Shown here one piece after another: positions 49,854 to 59,936 of a stretch of 64,000 bases of DNA; positions within the stretch are counted from its first letter, which is position 1, and the number at the start of each line of letters is the position of its first letter. The stretch is taken from contig OZ245033.1 in the NCBI GenBank assembly GCA_965224025.1, positions 4,576,001-4,640,000 on the forward strand, written 5' to 3'. Source of the DNA: Candidatus Multivorans sp. (lineage in GTDB: Bacteria; Acidobacteriota; Thermoanaerobaculia; Multivoradales; Multivoraceae). Under the pieces are notes generated by a model. The model had not been told where the DNA came from, made no database searches, and saw only the letters and a list, made by a program, of their open reading frames with translations. Made by a program: the position numbers and the translations under genes.

Positions 49854-49867
49854 TTAGTCTACACTAA
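49854..49867. promoter_or_regulatory. putative DtxR/MntR-type operator
   Basis: Palindrome TTAGT-CTAC-ACTAA 55 bp upstream of the regulator-feoB operon, matching TTAG-N6-CTAA boxes. Confidence 0.6.
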
Positions 49868-50016
49868 CTCTCGTCAACGCAAGTCAACGGCCCCCGGGCC
49901 GGACGACCGCCGTTGCACGCCGCGGCCCGAACCGGTCCCTTTCGCGGCGCTATGCTTGGAGGAGTTGGAATCGGCCCGAACGCTGAAGCGTTCTGCAACG
50001 ATAGAGTGGTTCTGCC

Positions 50017-51291
50017 ATGACGGAAACGGGCTTCGTACAGGCAACCTGGAGCGTGCTCGCCGAGCTCGCACCGTGGCTGCTGTTCGGCGCTCTGCTCGCC
50101 GCATTGCTGCACGTCCTGCTGCCCCGCAACCTAATCCGCCGCCAGCTCAGCGGCTACAGCGGCGCGATCAAGGCGGTTGCCCTGGGCGTGCCGTTGCCGC
50201 TCTGCTCCTGCGGCGTGATCCCGGCCGGCATCGGCCTCAAGCGCACCGGCGCCAGCAACGGCTCGGCAATGGGTTTCCTGATCAGCACGCCGCAGACCGG
50301 CGTCGACTCGATCCTGGTCAGCGCGACCTTCCTCGGCTGGCCCTTCGCCCTGTTCAAGGTCGCGGCCGCCGCGGTGACCGGCGTGGCCGGCGGCTGGTGG
50401 GTCGAGGGGATGAAGGACGACGGCGCGCCTGTCGAGGAAGAAGCTTCGCCCGCGCACGTCGACGGCGAATCGAGCAGCGGGCACCGAATCGGCGGCACGG
50501 TCCTTCCGAAGGTCACCGAGATGGTCGACCACGGTGTCGAACTCCTGCAGAGCATCTGGCGCTGGGTCGCGGTCGGCATCCTCGTGTCCGCCGCGATCGA
50601 GGTTCTGCTACCGCAACAGGCCTGGCTCGACCTGGCCGCGCTGGGAACCTTCGGCGCGGCGGCGGCGGCGCTGGTCATCTCCCTGCCGCTCTATGTATGC
50701 GCGACGGCCTCGGTGCCGATCGCGGCCGCCCTGGTCGCCAACGGCCTTCCACTCGGCGCCGCCCTCGTGTTCCTGATGGCCGGCCCCGCCACCAACGTCG
50801 CCACCGTCGGCGCCGTCTACCGCAGCTTCGGCCGCAAGGTCACCGCAGTCTACCTCACGACCGTGATCGTCGGCAGCGTCGGCTTCGCGATGCTGTTCGA
50901 GACTCTGATCGGCGGCGGCGCGCTGCAGGTCGGACCGGCCCACGAGCACGGAGTGGCGTGGTGGGCCGCCACCTCGGCAATCCTGCTGGTGCTGATGTTC
51001 GGCTGGTTCGGCCTCCAGGAGTTCCGGCGCTGGCGTCGGCAGGCGGCCATTGCGCGAAGAATGAAGACAGCCTCGGCGGCTTCCGGCAGCGCCGGCGCGG
51101 CAGTCGAAATCGCCGTCGGCGGCATGACCTGCGGCAACTGCGCGGAAGCGGTGGAGACCGCGCTGCTCGCCGAACCGGGCGTGGAGATGGCCAGCGTGGA
51201 CCTGGACCAGGGCCGCGCCACCGTGTGGGGCATAGCACCTCTGAACGCGCTCAAGGCAGCCGTGCAAGGCGCCGGCTTCCAGGTTTCCTGA
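50017..51291 (+). CDS. DUF318/ArsP-type metal permease with a C-terminal HMA domain
   Basis: PLPLCSCGVIP, STPQTGVDS, PLYVCATASVP, GPATN; GMTCGNC. Confidence 0.9.
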   Translation: MTETGFVQATWSVLAELAPWLLFGALLAALLHVLLPRNLIRRQLSGYSGAIKAVALGVPLPLCSCGVIPAGIGLKRTGASNGSAMGFLISTPQTGVDSILVSATFLGWPFALFKVAAAAVTGVAGGWWVEGMKDDGAPVEEEASPAHVDGESSSGHRIGGTVLPKVTEMVDHGVELLQSIWRWVAVGILVSAAIEVLLPQQAWLDLAALGTFGAAAAALVISLPLYVCATASVPIAAALVANGLPLGAALVFLMAGPATNVATVGAVYRSFGRKVTAVYLTTVIVGSVGFAMLFETLIGGGALQVGPAHEHGVAWWAATSAILLVLMFGWFGLQEFRRWRRQAAIARRMKTASAASGSAGAAVEIAVGGMTCGNCAEAVETALLAEPGVEMASVDLDQGRATVWGIAPLNALKAAVQGAGFQVS

Positions 51292-51365
51292 CGCCGGTCC
51301 AAGGGCTGGCACTCCCCATCCGTTTGCGCCCGCCGCCCTCCCGGACATAACCTTCGCGCGCGAAC

Positions 51366-52493
51366 ATGAAAGCCGGAGTCGTACGCGAAACGCATCCGGG
51401 AGAGCGCCGGGTCGCCCTGGTCCCCGAGAGCGTCGCCCGAATTCACGCCAGGGGTGTCGACTTCCTGGTCGAAGCAGGCGCCGGCGACGCGGCCGGATTC
51501 GACGACGACGCGTACCGCGAGGCCGGCGCCGAGATCGCAGCGACGGGCGGCGAGGTCCTGGGCAGCGCCGACCTCGTCGTCCGCGTCCAGGCGCCCGAAT
51601 CTGCCGAGATCGAGGCGTCCAAGGCGGGCGCGGCGGTCATCGGCCTGCTGTTTCCCCTCTCCGCCGGACCGCTCGTCCGGCAGCTACGTGCCGCGCGGCT
51701 CACCGCGATCGCGCTCGACCGGATTCCCCGCGTCACGCTCGCGCAGTCGATGGACGTCCTGAGTTCGCAGAGCACCGTCGCCGGCTACCGCGCCGCCGTG
51801 CTCGCGGCCTACCGCCTGCCGCGGTTCTTCCCGCTGCTGATGACGGCTGCCGGGCGCATCAACCCGGCCCGCGTCCTGGTCCTCGGCGCCGGCGTTGCCG
51901 GACTGCAGGCGATCGCCACCGCCCACCGGCTCGGCGCCGTGGTCGAGGCCTACGACGTCCGCGCCGTGGTCAAGGAGCAGGTCGAGAGCCTGGGCGCCAG
52001 CTTCGTCGAGGTGCCGGCGATCGAGGACGCCGAGACCGAGGGCGGCTACGCGCGCGAGGTTTCCGAGGAGAGCCAGCGACGGGCCAACGAAGTGATCGCC
52101 GAGCGTCTGCGCTCGACCGACGCCTGCATCACGACCGCGCTGATTCCAGGTCGTCCCGCGCCGCGCCTGATCACGGCCGAGATGGTCGAGGGGATGCCAC
52201 ACGGCTCCATCGTCGTCGACCTGGCGGCCGAGCAGGGCGGCAACTGCGAGTTGACGAAGCCCGGCGAGGAAGTCACGGTGAACGGCGTCACCGTGCTCGG
52301 CCCCCTCAACCTGGCCAGCGATCTGGCAGCCGACGCCAGCAGCATGTTCTCGCGCAACGCCGAGAAGCTCGTGCTCTACCTGCTGAACGACGGCGAGTTG
52401 AGCTTCGACTTCGACAACGAGATCGTCAAGGGTTGCGTCGTCACCCACGACGGCGAGATCGTCGACACACAGGTCGCAGAAGCCCTGGCCTGA
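51366..52493 (+). CDS. pntAA: NAD(P) transhydrogenase subunit alpha, part 1
   Basis: ERRVALVP, AQSMDVLSSQ, GAGVAGLQA, TTALIPG, VDLAAEQGGNC. Confidence 0.96.
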   Translation: MKAGVVRETHPGERRVALVPESVARIHARGVDFLVEAGAGDAAGFDDDAYREAGAEIAATGGEVLGSADLVVRVQAPESAEIEASKAGAAVIGLLFPLSAGPLVRQLRAARLTAIALDRIPRVTLAQSMDVLSSQSTVAGYRAAVLAAYRLPRFFPLLMTAAGRINPARVLVLGAGVAGLQAIATAHRLGAVVEAYDVRAVVKEQVESLGASFVEVPAIEDAETEGGYAREVSEESQRRANEVIAERLRSTDACITTALIPGRPAPRLITAEMVEGMPHGSIVVDLAAEQGGNCELTKPGEEVTVNGVTVLGPLNLASDLAADASSMFSRNAEKLVLYLLNDGELSFDFDNEIVKGCVVTHDGEIVDTQVAEALA

Positions 52494-52531
52494 GCCCACC
52501 GGCCAGCGCCCGCGCAAGGAGGACCACACAG

Positions 52532-52846
52532 ATGCTAGAGATCTTCCTTGGGCTGTACATCTTCATGCTCGCCGCGTTCGTCGGCTACGGCGTGATCAAG
52601 GGTGTACCGGCCCTGCTCCATACCCCGCTGATGGCGTTCACCAACGCCATCTCGGGCATCTCTCTGGTCGGCTCCCTGGTTGCCGCCGGCGCTCACTACA
52701 ACGACGTGAGCACCGTGCTCGGCGCGATCGCCGTGCTGTGCGCCACGATCAATGTCGTCGGCGGCTTCTGGATCACGGACCGCATGCTGCGCATGTTCAA
52801 GAAGCAGGACACGAAGGCTGAACCGGCGGGAGACGCCCGGTCGTGA
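52532..52846 (+). CDS. pntAB: NAD(P) transhydrogenase subunit alpha, part 2
   Basis: VPALLHTPLM..TNAISG, NVVGGF.ITDRML.MF; AGGAGG RBS. Confidence 0.95.
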   Translation: MLEIFLGLYIFMLAAFVGYGVIKGVPALLHTPLMAFTNAISGISLVGSLVAAGAHYNDVSTVLGAIAVLCATINVVGGFWITDRMLRMFKKQDTKAEPAGDARS

Positions 52847-54246
52847 TCAGCCAGGTCGAGACGCTCTACCTGATCGCGTCGTTCCTGTTCATCCTCGGGC
52901 TGCGCGGCCTGACCGCGGCGCATACCGCCCGCCGCGGCCTGATCCTCGCCGAACTGGGCATGGTGTTCGCGGTCTGGGGCACCCTGCTGCACCCGGACAT
53001 CGGCGCCCGCTACGAGCTGGTCGGTTTCTTCGAGACCTACAAGTGGATCCTGCTCACGGTCTTCATCGGCAGCGCGATCGGCATCGCCATCTCGGCGCTC
53101 ATCCCGATGACCCGGATGCCCGAGCGGATTGCCCTCTCCCACGCCTTCGGCGGTCTGGCGGCCGCCTTGGTCGGCGTCTCCGAGTACTACCGTCACAGCG
53201 AGCACATCGACACCACGACAATGGGCGCGATCGGCTTCGAGGTGCTGTTCGGCGGCCTGACCTTCACCGGCTCGCTGATGGCCTTCGGCAAGCTCTCCGG
53301 GTTCATCCCGGGCAGGAACATCACCTGGCCTCTCCAGAACCAGACCAACATCCTGATGTTCGGGGGCACCTTCGTGCTCCTGGTGCTGATCACGATCGAC
53401 CCGTCGAACCAGGTCCTCTTCTACTTTATGGCCGCGATGCCCCTGCTCTTGGGCATCCTGTTCGTGGCGCCCATCGGCGGCGCCGACATGCCGGTCGTCA
53501 TCACGCTGCTCAACTCCTACGCCGGTCTGGCCGCATCGGCGACCGGCTTCGCTCTCGACAACAACGTCCTGATCATTGCCGGGGCTCTCGACGGCGCCTC
53601 GGGCTTCATTCTCTCCGTTGTCATGAGCAAGGCGATGAACCGCTCGTTCCGCAACGTCCTGTTCGGCGCCTTCGGCAAGGTCGACCAGGAGGACGCCGCA
53701 AGGGCCGCAGCCGGAGGCGAACGGGTCCAGGAGGCCTCGGTCGGAGATGCCGCGATGCTCCTCTCCGGCGCCAATTCCGTCATCGTCTGCCCCGGCTACG
53801 GCATGGCGGTGGCCCAGGCGCAGCACGTCGTCAGCGAACTGGCCGAGATCCTGGAGGCCAACGGCACCCAGGTCCGCTACGCGATCCACCCCGTCGCCGG
53901 CCGCATGCCCGGCCACATGAACGTGCTGCTGGCCGAAGCGAAGATCCCCTACACCACGCTGTGCGAGCTCGAGGAGATCAACGACGACTTCAAGAACACC
54001 GACGTCGCCCTCGTCGTCGGCGCCAACGACGTCGTCAACCCCGCCGCCAAACACAACCCGGGGAGCTCCATCTACGGAATGCCGGTCCTGAACGCCGACC
54101 TCGCGAGATCCTGCATCGTCCTCAAGCGGTCGATGCGGCCGGGATTCGCGGGAATCGAGAACGAGCTGTTCTTCGCGCCGAACACGGTGCTGACGTTTGG
54201 TGACGCGAAGGACACGTTGACGAAGGTTGTGGAGGCGTTGTCGTAG
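52843..54246 (+). CDS. pntB: NAD(P) transhydrogenase subunit beta
   Basis: IGGADMPVVI, PGYGMAVAQAQ, HPVAGRMPGHMN, GANDVVNP. Confidence 0.97.
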   Translation: MISQVETLYLIASFLFILGLRGLTAAHTARRGLILAELGMVFAVWGTLLHPDIGARYELVGFFETYKWILLTVFIGSAIGIAISALIPMTRMPERIALSHAFGGLAAALVGVSEYYRHSEHIDTTTMGAIGFEVLFGGLTFTGSLMAFGKLSGFIPGRNITWPLQNQTNILMFGGTFVLLVLITIDPSNQVLFYFMAAMPLLLGILFVAPIGGADMPVVITLLNSYAGLAASATGFALDNNVLIIAGALDGASGFILSVVMSKAMNRSFRNVLFGAFGKVDQEDAARAAAGGERVQEASVGDAAMLLSGANSVIVCPGYGMAVAQAQHVVSELAEILEANGTQVRYAIHPVAGRMPGHMNVLLAEAKIPYTTLCELEEINDDFKNTDVALVVGANDVVNPAAKHNPGSSIYGMPVLNADLARSCIVLKRSMRPGFAGIENELFFAPNTVLTFGDAKDTLTKVVEALS

Positions 54247-54531
54247 AACTACAGTCCCACAGCGTCTCCATGAAGACACGATGGCAACCTCGCGAATCTT
54301 CTCCATCCTCCCACACCGAGTTACCGAAAGATGAGTGACCGACCCGATCGGCTAACGGAACGGCGTCTCTGGGCGGAGTGCTTCGGCCACTGCATGAACT
54401 CCTCTTGCGAAAACGATCTCGTCGCAACCAACACGGTTGTTGCCGAACTCGCCCACATCGTGGCCGCCAAAGACGGCGGCCCTCCGTCCTTCGACAACAT
54501 GCTGGTGCTTTGCCTAGACTGTCACAAAATC

Positions 54532-55871
54532 GGGTCTTCAGGCTGTTGTGTGGGGACGGAGCTGCTAGAGAGGCTGCCGATCGGCCTTAGACTGGCGGGA
54601 TGAAGAGTGCCAAGACGTTCGAGAGGCTGTTGGGGATCAAGCCGCCGTGGGGTGTGCGGGAGGTGGTGCTTCGCATGGACGAGCGGCATCCGCGTCGCCG
54701 GGGTCCGGTGGTTGGCGGCACGGTGGAGATCCACGTCGAGCATTGTGGAGAGACTCGCTGTCCGGAGTGCGGTTTGCCGTGTCCGGGCTACGACAAGAGG
54801 CATCGCCGTTGGCGTCACCTGGACACGATGCAGCACCAGACTCGGGTTCACGCGGAGGTGCCTCGGGTGCGTTGCGTCGAGCACGGCATTCGCCAGTTGA
54901 AGGTGCCTTGGGCGGACTCGGGTTCGCGGTTCACGGCGCTGTTCGAAGCGGAGGCTGTCGAGTGGCTGCGTGAGGCAAGCGTGCATGCGGCGGCTTGCCG
55001 TCTGGGTCTGAGTTGGGATCAGGCGGCGGGGATTCAGCGGCGGGCCGTGGAACGGGGTCTGGCACGGCGAGAGATGAAGCCGCCTCGGTTGATCGGCGTG
55101 GACGAGACGTCGTTTCGGAAGCGCCACGAGTACGTGACGGTAGTCAACGATCTGGGACGCGGGGTGGTGACCCATGTGGCCGACGGTCGCGGCCGGTCGG
55201 CCATCGACGGTTACTTCCAGGAGTTGGGTGAGAAGAGCTGCGCGGGTATCGAGCAGGTGGCGATGGACATGTGGCCGGCCTACATCTCCTCGGTGGAGGA
55301 GTACACGGATGCGGACATCGTGCACGACAGGTTCCACATCGTCGCGCACCTGAACCACGCCGTGGACCTGGTTCGCCGTGCTGAGCAGCGGGAGCTGCTC
55401 GAAGCGGGGGATTCGCGTCTGAAGCGGAGCCGCTACCTGTGGTTGATGAAGAGTGGACGAATGACGCGCCTGCAGCAGCGGCGTTTCGCTGCTCTTCGCG
55501 CGAGTCACCTTCGCGTGGCTCGCGCTTGGGCGATCAAGGAGATGGCGCGCTCCTCGTGGGGCTACGTGCGCCGCGGCTGGGCCGAGCGACGGTGGAAGCG
55601 CTGGTACAACTGGGCCGTCCGCAGTCGCCTGGAACCGATCAAGCAGGTGGCGAAGATGATCAAGAACCACTGGGATGCCGTCATCAACGCCGCCGTGTCC
55701 ACCGTCTCCAACGCCCGCGCCGAAGGCATCAACGCGAAGATACAGGAGATCAAGCGAAAAGCGCACGGCTATCGAAACCGAGCACACTTCCGGCTCGCCA
55801 TCTACTTCCATCTCGGCGGACTCGACCTCGCGCCGGAGTCACTTCATGCCCACACACAACCCTGAAGCGCC
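54532..55871 (+). mobile_element. ISL3-family insertion sequence, 1340 bp
   Basis: Imperfect terminal IRs GGGTCTTCAGG.../...CCTGAAGCGCC; 8-bp TSD ACAAAATC at 54524-54531 and 55872-55879. Confidence 0.95.
54600..55865 (+). CDS. ISL3-family transposase
   Basis: CPECG zinc finger, [36 protein letters not shown]. Confidence 0.96.
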   Translation: MKSAKTFERLLGIKPPWGVREVVLRMDERHPRRRGPVVGGTVEIHVEHCGETRCPECGLPCPGYDKRHRRWRHLDTMQHQTRVHAEVPRVRCVEHGIRQLKVPWADSGSRFTALFEAEAVEWLREASVHAAACRLGLSWDQAAGIQRRAVERGLARREMKPPRLIGVDETSFRKRHEYVTVVNDLGRGVVTHVADGRGRSAIDGYFQELGEKSCAGIEQVAMDMWPAYISSVEEYTDADIVHDRFHIVAHLNHAVDLVRRAEQRELLEAGDSRLKRSRYLWLMKSGRMTRLQQRRFAALRASHLRVARAWAIKEMARSSWGYVRRGWAERRWKRWYNWAVRSRLEPIKQVAKMIKNHWDAVINAAVSTVSNARAEGINAKIQEIKRKAHGYRNRAHFRLAIYFHLGGLDLAPESLHAHTQP

Positions 55872-56832
55872 ACAAAATCACCGACAACCCGCGCACGCCG
55901 AAGACTGTCCACATCCTACGCGAGTGGAAAGCTACTCGATCCCGGGAGCTGCACACACGGTTCTCCAACTCTTACTCAACCTTCGCAGCCTTGGAAGGGT
56001 ACGTACAGCCGCTCCTGCGCCGCAACCTCAACATCTATCGAAACCATGGCCCGGATGCCGAAAGTGCCGACCCTGCCGCCAGGCACGCGCTGTGGCGCCA
56101 GTTTGAGGGTCCGATCCTCGCGACGAACAGGAAGCTCGCCACCGTTCTCGACAGCAACCGCCAGCTTCTACACAAAGAGAACCAGGGGTTGGTAGACGCC
56201 TTTATCGGTCATACGGCCGAGTTCCAAGAGACTCGAACGGATGAGCCGAGCGTCCGGGTGATGCTCTTTCCGCGTGAACTCAACTCCGTCTTCGGCGTTG
56301 AGACGATAACAGATAGCATGGCGCCCAACGTGTCTGCCCTCCAGAACCTAGTCGCCCATCTGATCTCAAGCGACCAGCTCGTGGAACTTGCCCTCATTCC
56401 TACACCCAAGATCGTCTATCGGAACGCCAGAGGCACTCAGTCAGAGTTGGATCTGAGAAACAGACCACGAGTCCATCAAGTCTATTGGAGCGGCAAACAC
56501 TACTTCAACAAGACGACTAATCTCCGTTTGGACGGCCTCCTGTTCGTCCTGAGGTGGCTTGCGGCGAAGGGCCTGCACTACAAGTTCCCCAACCCATCCA
56601 ATCTGACGGAGATCGTCGTCGATCACACGCACGAGATCTATTTCATATACGAATACAAGGCCTCATTGCTGAACATGCAAGAAGGGCCTCTACGCCCCGG
56701 CCTTGCAGTAGTGAATCTCCACAACTGGAACGACGGCCCGTTCTCGGCCGAGGCGGTGGACTATGCATCGAGTATGGGGTCTCGGACGATGAATCAGAAA
56801 GAGTTTTTCTTGTTCGTCGGTGGGCGCCATAC

Positions 56833-57153
56833 ATGAACCGCATAGTGCCCTTTCTGGACGCCGAGAGCGAAAAGCTACTCTCGGCATTCCGAGAGGTGAA
56901 AGTGTTTGGCTCAGTTCTCACCAGTGCCCGGCCAAACGATGTCGATGTCCTTGTCGTCTACGACAAGTCGTGCATCGCACGTCAGGTGTCGAGAGATGTC
57001 CAAGCACTTGGCCACGATCTGAGCACCCTATTCGCCGGTGTGGACGTGCACATCACAGCGCTGAATCACGAGGAGGTACGAGAGGCGCGGTTCTTGACCT
57101 GCCTTCCAGGGATCGTCCTCAAGTCGGTCCCGGTAGAACGCTCGAGTGAGTAG
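56833..57153 (+). CDS. minimal nucleotidyltransferase (Pol-beta superfamily)
   Basis: VFGS...NDVDVLVVY and a later VDVH strand; ATGA overlap with the HNH gene stop. Confidence 0.8.
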   Translation: MNRIVPFLDAESEKLLSAFREVKVFGSVLTSARPNDVDVLVVYDKSCIARQVSRDVQALGHDLSTLFAGVDVHITALNHEEVREARFLTCLPGIVLKSVPVERSSE

Positions 57154-57200
57154 CTTCGATCTCCATAGTCGAGTCTAACCGCCCCCTCTGATTTGCCGAT

Positions 57201-58436
57201 TTACGCCGACCACGTACCGGAAACGCAGAACTCGACGAGTTCCTTCTTTGAGTTGCGCTTCCGAATCGACCGCACTTCGACGCTCTCGAAGCCGGCCTGG
57301 CGCATGAGTTCGGCGTAGACCTGCTCAATCGGCACCAGTACGCCGTAGAACACGGAGTTGCCGACGATGTAGTGGGCGCGAGCGCCGGGTCTGAGCACAC
57401 CGCCCACGCTGGCCAGATGCTGCGCCACATCCTCCCCGTATTTCTCCACATAGGCGGCGAGGATCGAACCGTTCGACCGTCCGCTCCCAGCGATCTGTCC
57501 TACGGCCTCAAGCAGGTGGTCCGGCAAACGGACATCCGCAGCGCGCTTCCACTTGCCGAGCCTGCTGGTCGCTACGCCCCAGGTGCCGCCGATCGCCTGC
57601 CAATCTAGTTCCCCGGCTTCTCGACCGTTCTGCAGGTAGCCGAGCCAGTACATGTACGGGCGCAGTTCCCGGATGTACGACATGCGGTTCGCATAGGGCG
57701 GCGAGGTGACGACCACGTCGAACTGCTCGTCGAAGCAGTGCTCGACGCGGCGCGAGTCGCCGAGAACGACGGACACCTTGCCCTTCGGGTTGTACGAGGC
57801 GCCCTCGGTCACGAAGCGGAGTTCCTGTCGAAACAGCTCCCCCTCGTCCACGGCAAGGTCCAGCTTGCTCTGAGCCGAATCCCTGAACGACATGGACTGG
57901 TGGTTGAACGCCGCTGCGGACAGCCGAATCACCAGCCGGCAGAACGCCACGTTCAGCAGATCCCGAACGTGGTCGTTCGGCGAAACACCTTCAATGGCGG
58001 CCTTCAGGTAACGGAGGTACATGCGATCCGAACTCGGCCACCACCGTTCGATCCGGTGCATGGGTGGCTCCTCGACGGGGTCAATCTTCCGCCGGTGAGC
58101 TTTCTGCAGCACCGCTTCACCAGCCGCCTCGGCCTCGACGATCTTTCCCGAACCGTACCTCGCCGTCTTGGCACGGGTGAACCATACGAGGAACGGGTTG
58201 ATGTCCACGGTGCCCGCCTCGTGCCCGCGGTTGGCCGCGGCCAGCGCCGTCGTGCCGGCGCCGCAGAACGGATCGAGCACGCGAAGATGCGGGCCGCAGT
58301 CGGCCATCAACTCCTCGACGATCCTCAGCGAGTATGCCGGCGTCAGCCGCAGCCAACCGTGCCGGCCCAACCGCGTGTTGTATCGATGCGTGTACTCCGC
58401 TCGCTGCCGGAGCTTGGGCGTCGCGGTCCCGCTCAT
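57201..58436 (-). CDS. amino-DNA methyltransferase (probably N4-cytosine)
   Basis: Motif I VLDPFCGAGTT precedes motif IV TSPPY; VGNS. Confidence 0.9.
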   Translation of the reverse strand: MSGTATPKLRQRAEYTHRYNTRLGRHGWLRLTPAYSLRIVEELMADCGPHLRVLDPFCGAGTTALAAANRGHEAGTVDINPFLVWFTRAKTARYGSGKIVEAEAAGEAVLQKAHRRKIDPVEEPPMHRIERWWPSSDRMYLRYLKAAIEGVSPNDHVRDLLNVAFCRLVIRLSAAAFNHQSMSFRDSAQSKLDLAVDEGELFRQELRFVTEGASYNPKGKVSVVLGDSRRVEHCFDEQFDVVVTSPPYANRMSYIRELRPYMYWLGYLQNGREAGELDWQAIGGTWGVATSRLGKWKRAADVRLPDHLLEAVGQIAGSGRSNGSILAAYVEKYGEDVAQHLASVGGVLRPGARAHYIVGNSVFYGVLVPIEQVYAELMRQAGFESVEVRSIRKRNSKKELVEFCVSGTWSA

Positions 58437-59242
58437 TCTTCGCTCCCCAGGAGTGTGCTCAGAACGCTACCTACTTCGGAGCGCAGCGTATCGGCGTGGC
58501 GGGCGAAGAAAGCAGCCAGATCGTAGCCGATGATCCTGGCCATGAACTCATAGGTCGACCTCAGAGGATCACCGCTGTTGAGTTCGCCGGTCAGGACGAC
58601 CCACCGGGCGGCCCTGTAACGCAGGAGTACGTCTCTATCGATCTGGTGAGACAGAACCAGGAGACAGGGGAGATACCCGCTGGTGTACGCGGCTACCGCG
58701 TTCGCCAAGTCGGCCTGCTGGCGTTTGCTGTCCTTGCTCTTGTACCCCTGCCGGACCTCGAAGACGGCTCCCTTCAAAGAGCCGACGATCGAGGCGTCTA
58801 CATCGACAGAGTCAGCAGCTTGGCGGATCCATCGCCGCAACCGATCTCTTGACGGCTCTTCGTGCACTTCGTCAAGAGCCACTCGACCGTCCAGCGAGAG
58901 ACGCCTCCGCTTCTCGTCTGAGAGCGGGACTTCGTAGGACCACACCACCTCCTCCGGGGCCAGGCCGAGCGCGTCCTGGAGGATCTCCCGGAACACCCGC
59001 TCACACGCGATACCAATCTGCCTGTAGATACTGGTCATCCCGCCGGCAGACCGATGGGCCGTGTAGAGCTTCGGATCGTCGAGCCCGAGCCACGTGTAGA
59101 AGGGGTCCGCGCGATAGAGATCGCGGAACTCCGCAAGAGTCAGACCGGCCGTCCTGCCCTGGCCGAACTTCGGTCGGTACGCGGCGCAGGACCGCACGCA
59201 GTCTACGAAGATCCCGAGATAGTCATCTTCGCGCCCTGTCAT
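58433..59242 (-). CDS. putative type II restriction endonuclease
   Basis: Overlaps the MTase start; SIYRQIG..CE, LSLDG and FEVRQGYKSKD resemble a PD-(D/E)XK-like core. Confidence 0.75.
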   Translation of the reverse strand: MTGREDDYLGIFVDCVRSCAAYRPKFGQGRTAGLTLAEFRDLYRADPFYTWLGLDDPKLYTAHRSAGGMTSIYRQIGIACERVFREILQDALGLAPEEVVWSYEVPLSDEKRRRLSLDGRVALDEVHEEPSRDRLRRWIRQAADSVDVDASIVGSLKGAVFEVRQGYKSKDSKRQQADLANAVAAYTSGYLPCLLVLSHQIDRDVLLRYRAARWVVLTGELNSGDPLRSTYEFMARIIGYDLAAFFARHADTLRSEVGSVLSTLLGSEE

Positions 59243-59351
59243 GAAAGCCTCTTAGACCCCCGAGGAACGGGCCCGGTCACCAACGAGCCGAACGGTCGGA
59301 GTAACGGGCGCGTGGTAGAGAACCAGCGTGCTCGCCTGTCGCAACACCGGA

Positions 59352-59576
59352 TCACTTCGAGCACGGTCGGATGCACAGAATCTCCTCGGTCAGACCGCGA
59401 CGACGAGCGTCGTGGCTGATTTCCCGCACGATGTCCTCCAACGATAGCCGGGATTCGGCAACGTCGCGAAGACGCAGGCTGACAAGCAGGTCGAGTTTGC
59501 GACGCTCACCAGCGGAAGAGGCTCGGCAGAGTTCGGCGACGTCTGAATCGACGGAGCCCGTGATCTGGTCCGCCAT
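59352..59576 (-). CDS. small antitoxin-like protein, possibly degenerate
   Basis: QIT..VD.D.A...RRKLDLL.SLRL...EIS..A..RGLT.EIL pattern; no intact toxin follows. Confidence 0.5.
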   Translation of the reverse strand: MADQITGSVDSDVAELCRASSAGERRKLDLLVSLRLRDVAESRLSLEDIVREISHDARRRGLTEEILCIRPCSK

Positions 59577-59594
59577 CGCGGTTCTTCACCCTGG

Positions 59595-59825
59595 TCAGCC
59601 AAGCAGACGGTCGACCGCCGTCGCCAACGCGAGCAGGACGCCTACGACGAGGACCATGCGCCAAGTCAAATCGGCGCGAAGCGTCTCCAAGTCCGATTTT
59701 GTCGCCACGCCCTCCGTTACCGCGGCCCGGATCGCTTCGGTGACAGCCTCCGCCTGAGCGGCTTCCAAACCCGACTCCGCCAACTTGCGGGCCGTTGCCA
59801 AGGTGTCGAACGTTGCCGTAGCCAT
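59595..59825 (-). CDS. DUF1640/CCDC90-like small coiled-coil + TM protein
   Basis: FDTL..ARKL..SG....QAEA...ATKSDL...L.WRM followed by a TM segment. Confidence 0.75.
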   Translation of the reverse strand: MATATFDTLATARKLAESGLEAAQAEAVTEAIRAAVTEGVATKSDLETLRADLTWRMVLVVGVLLALATAVDRLLG

Positions 59826-59936
59826 GACGGTCTAGGCTAGCTGAATCCCACAGCGGCACGGGCCTCGTGACTCGCCATCGACAGGACCACTACCCGAGGC
59901 CGACGATTGGCTTCGGATGCGGGCAACGATGCCCGC

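Larger units (their letters stand above)
54331..56836 (+). pseudogene. HNH endonuclease with a large unknown C-terminal region, interrupted by ISL3 (reconstructs to 385 aa)
   Basis: C.N..C...AHIVA...N...LC..CHKI|TD; the two halves join in frame once the IS and one TSD are removed. Confidence 0.88.

Noticed and set aside
54331-57153. Calling the HNH-NTase pair CBASS
   Set aside because: The NTase is only 106 aa, far smaller than a CD-NTase, and no SAVED, Cap2 or Cap3 is recognisable.
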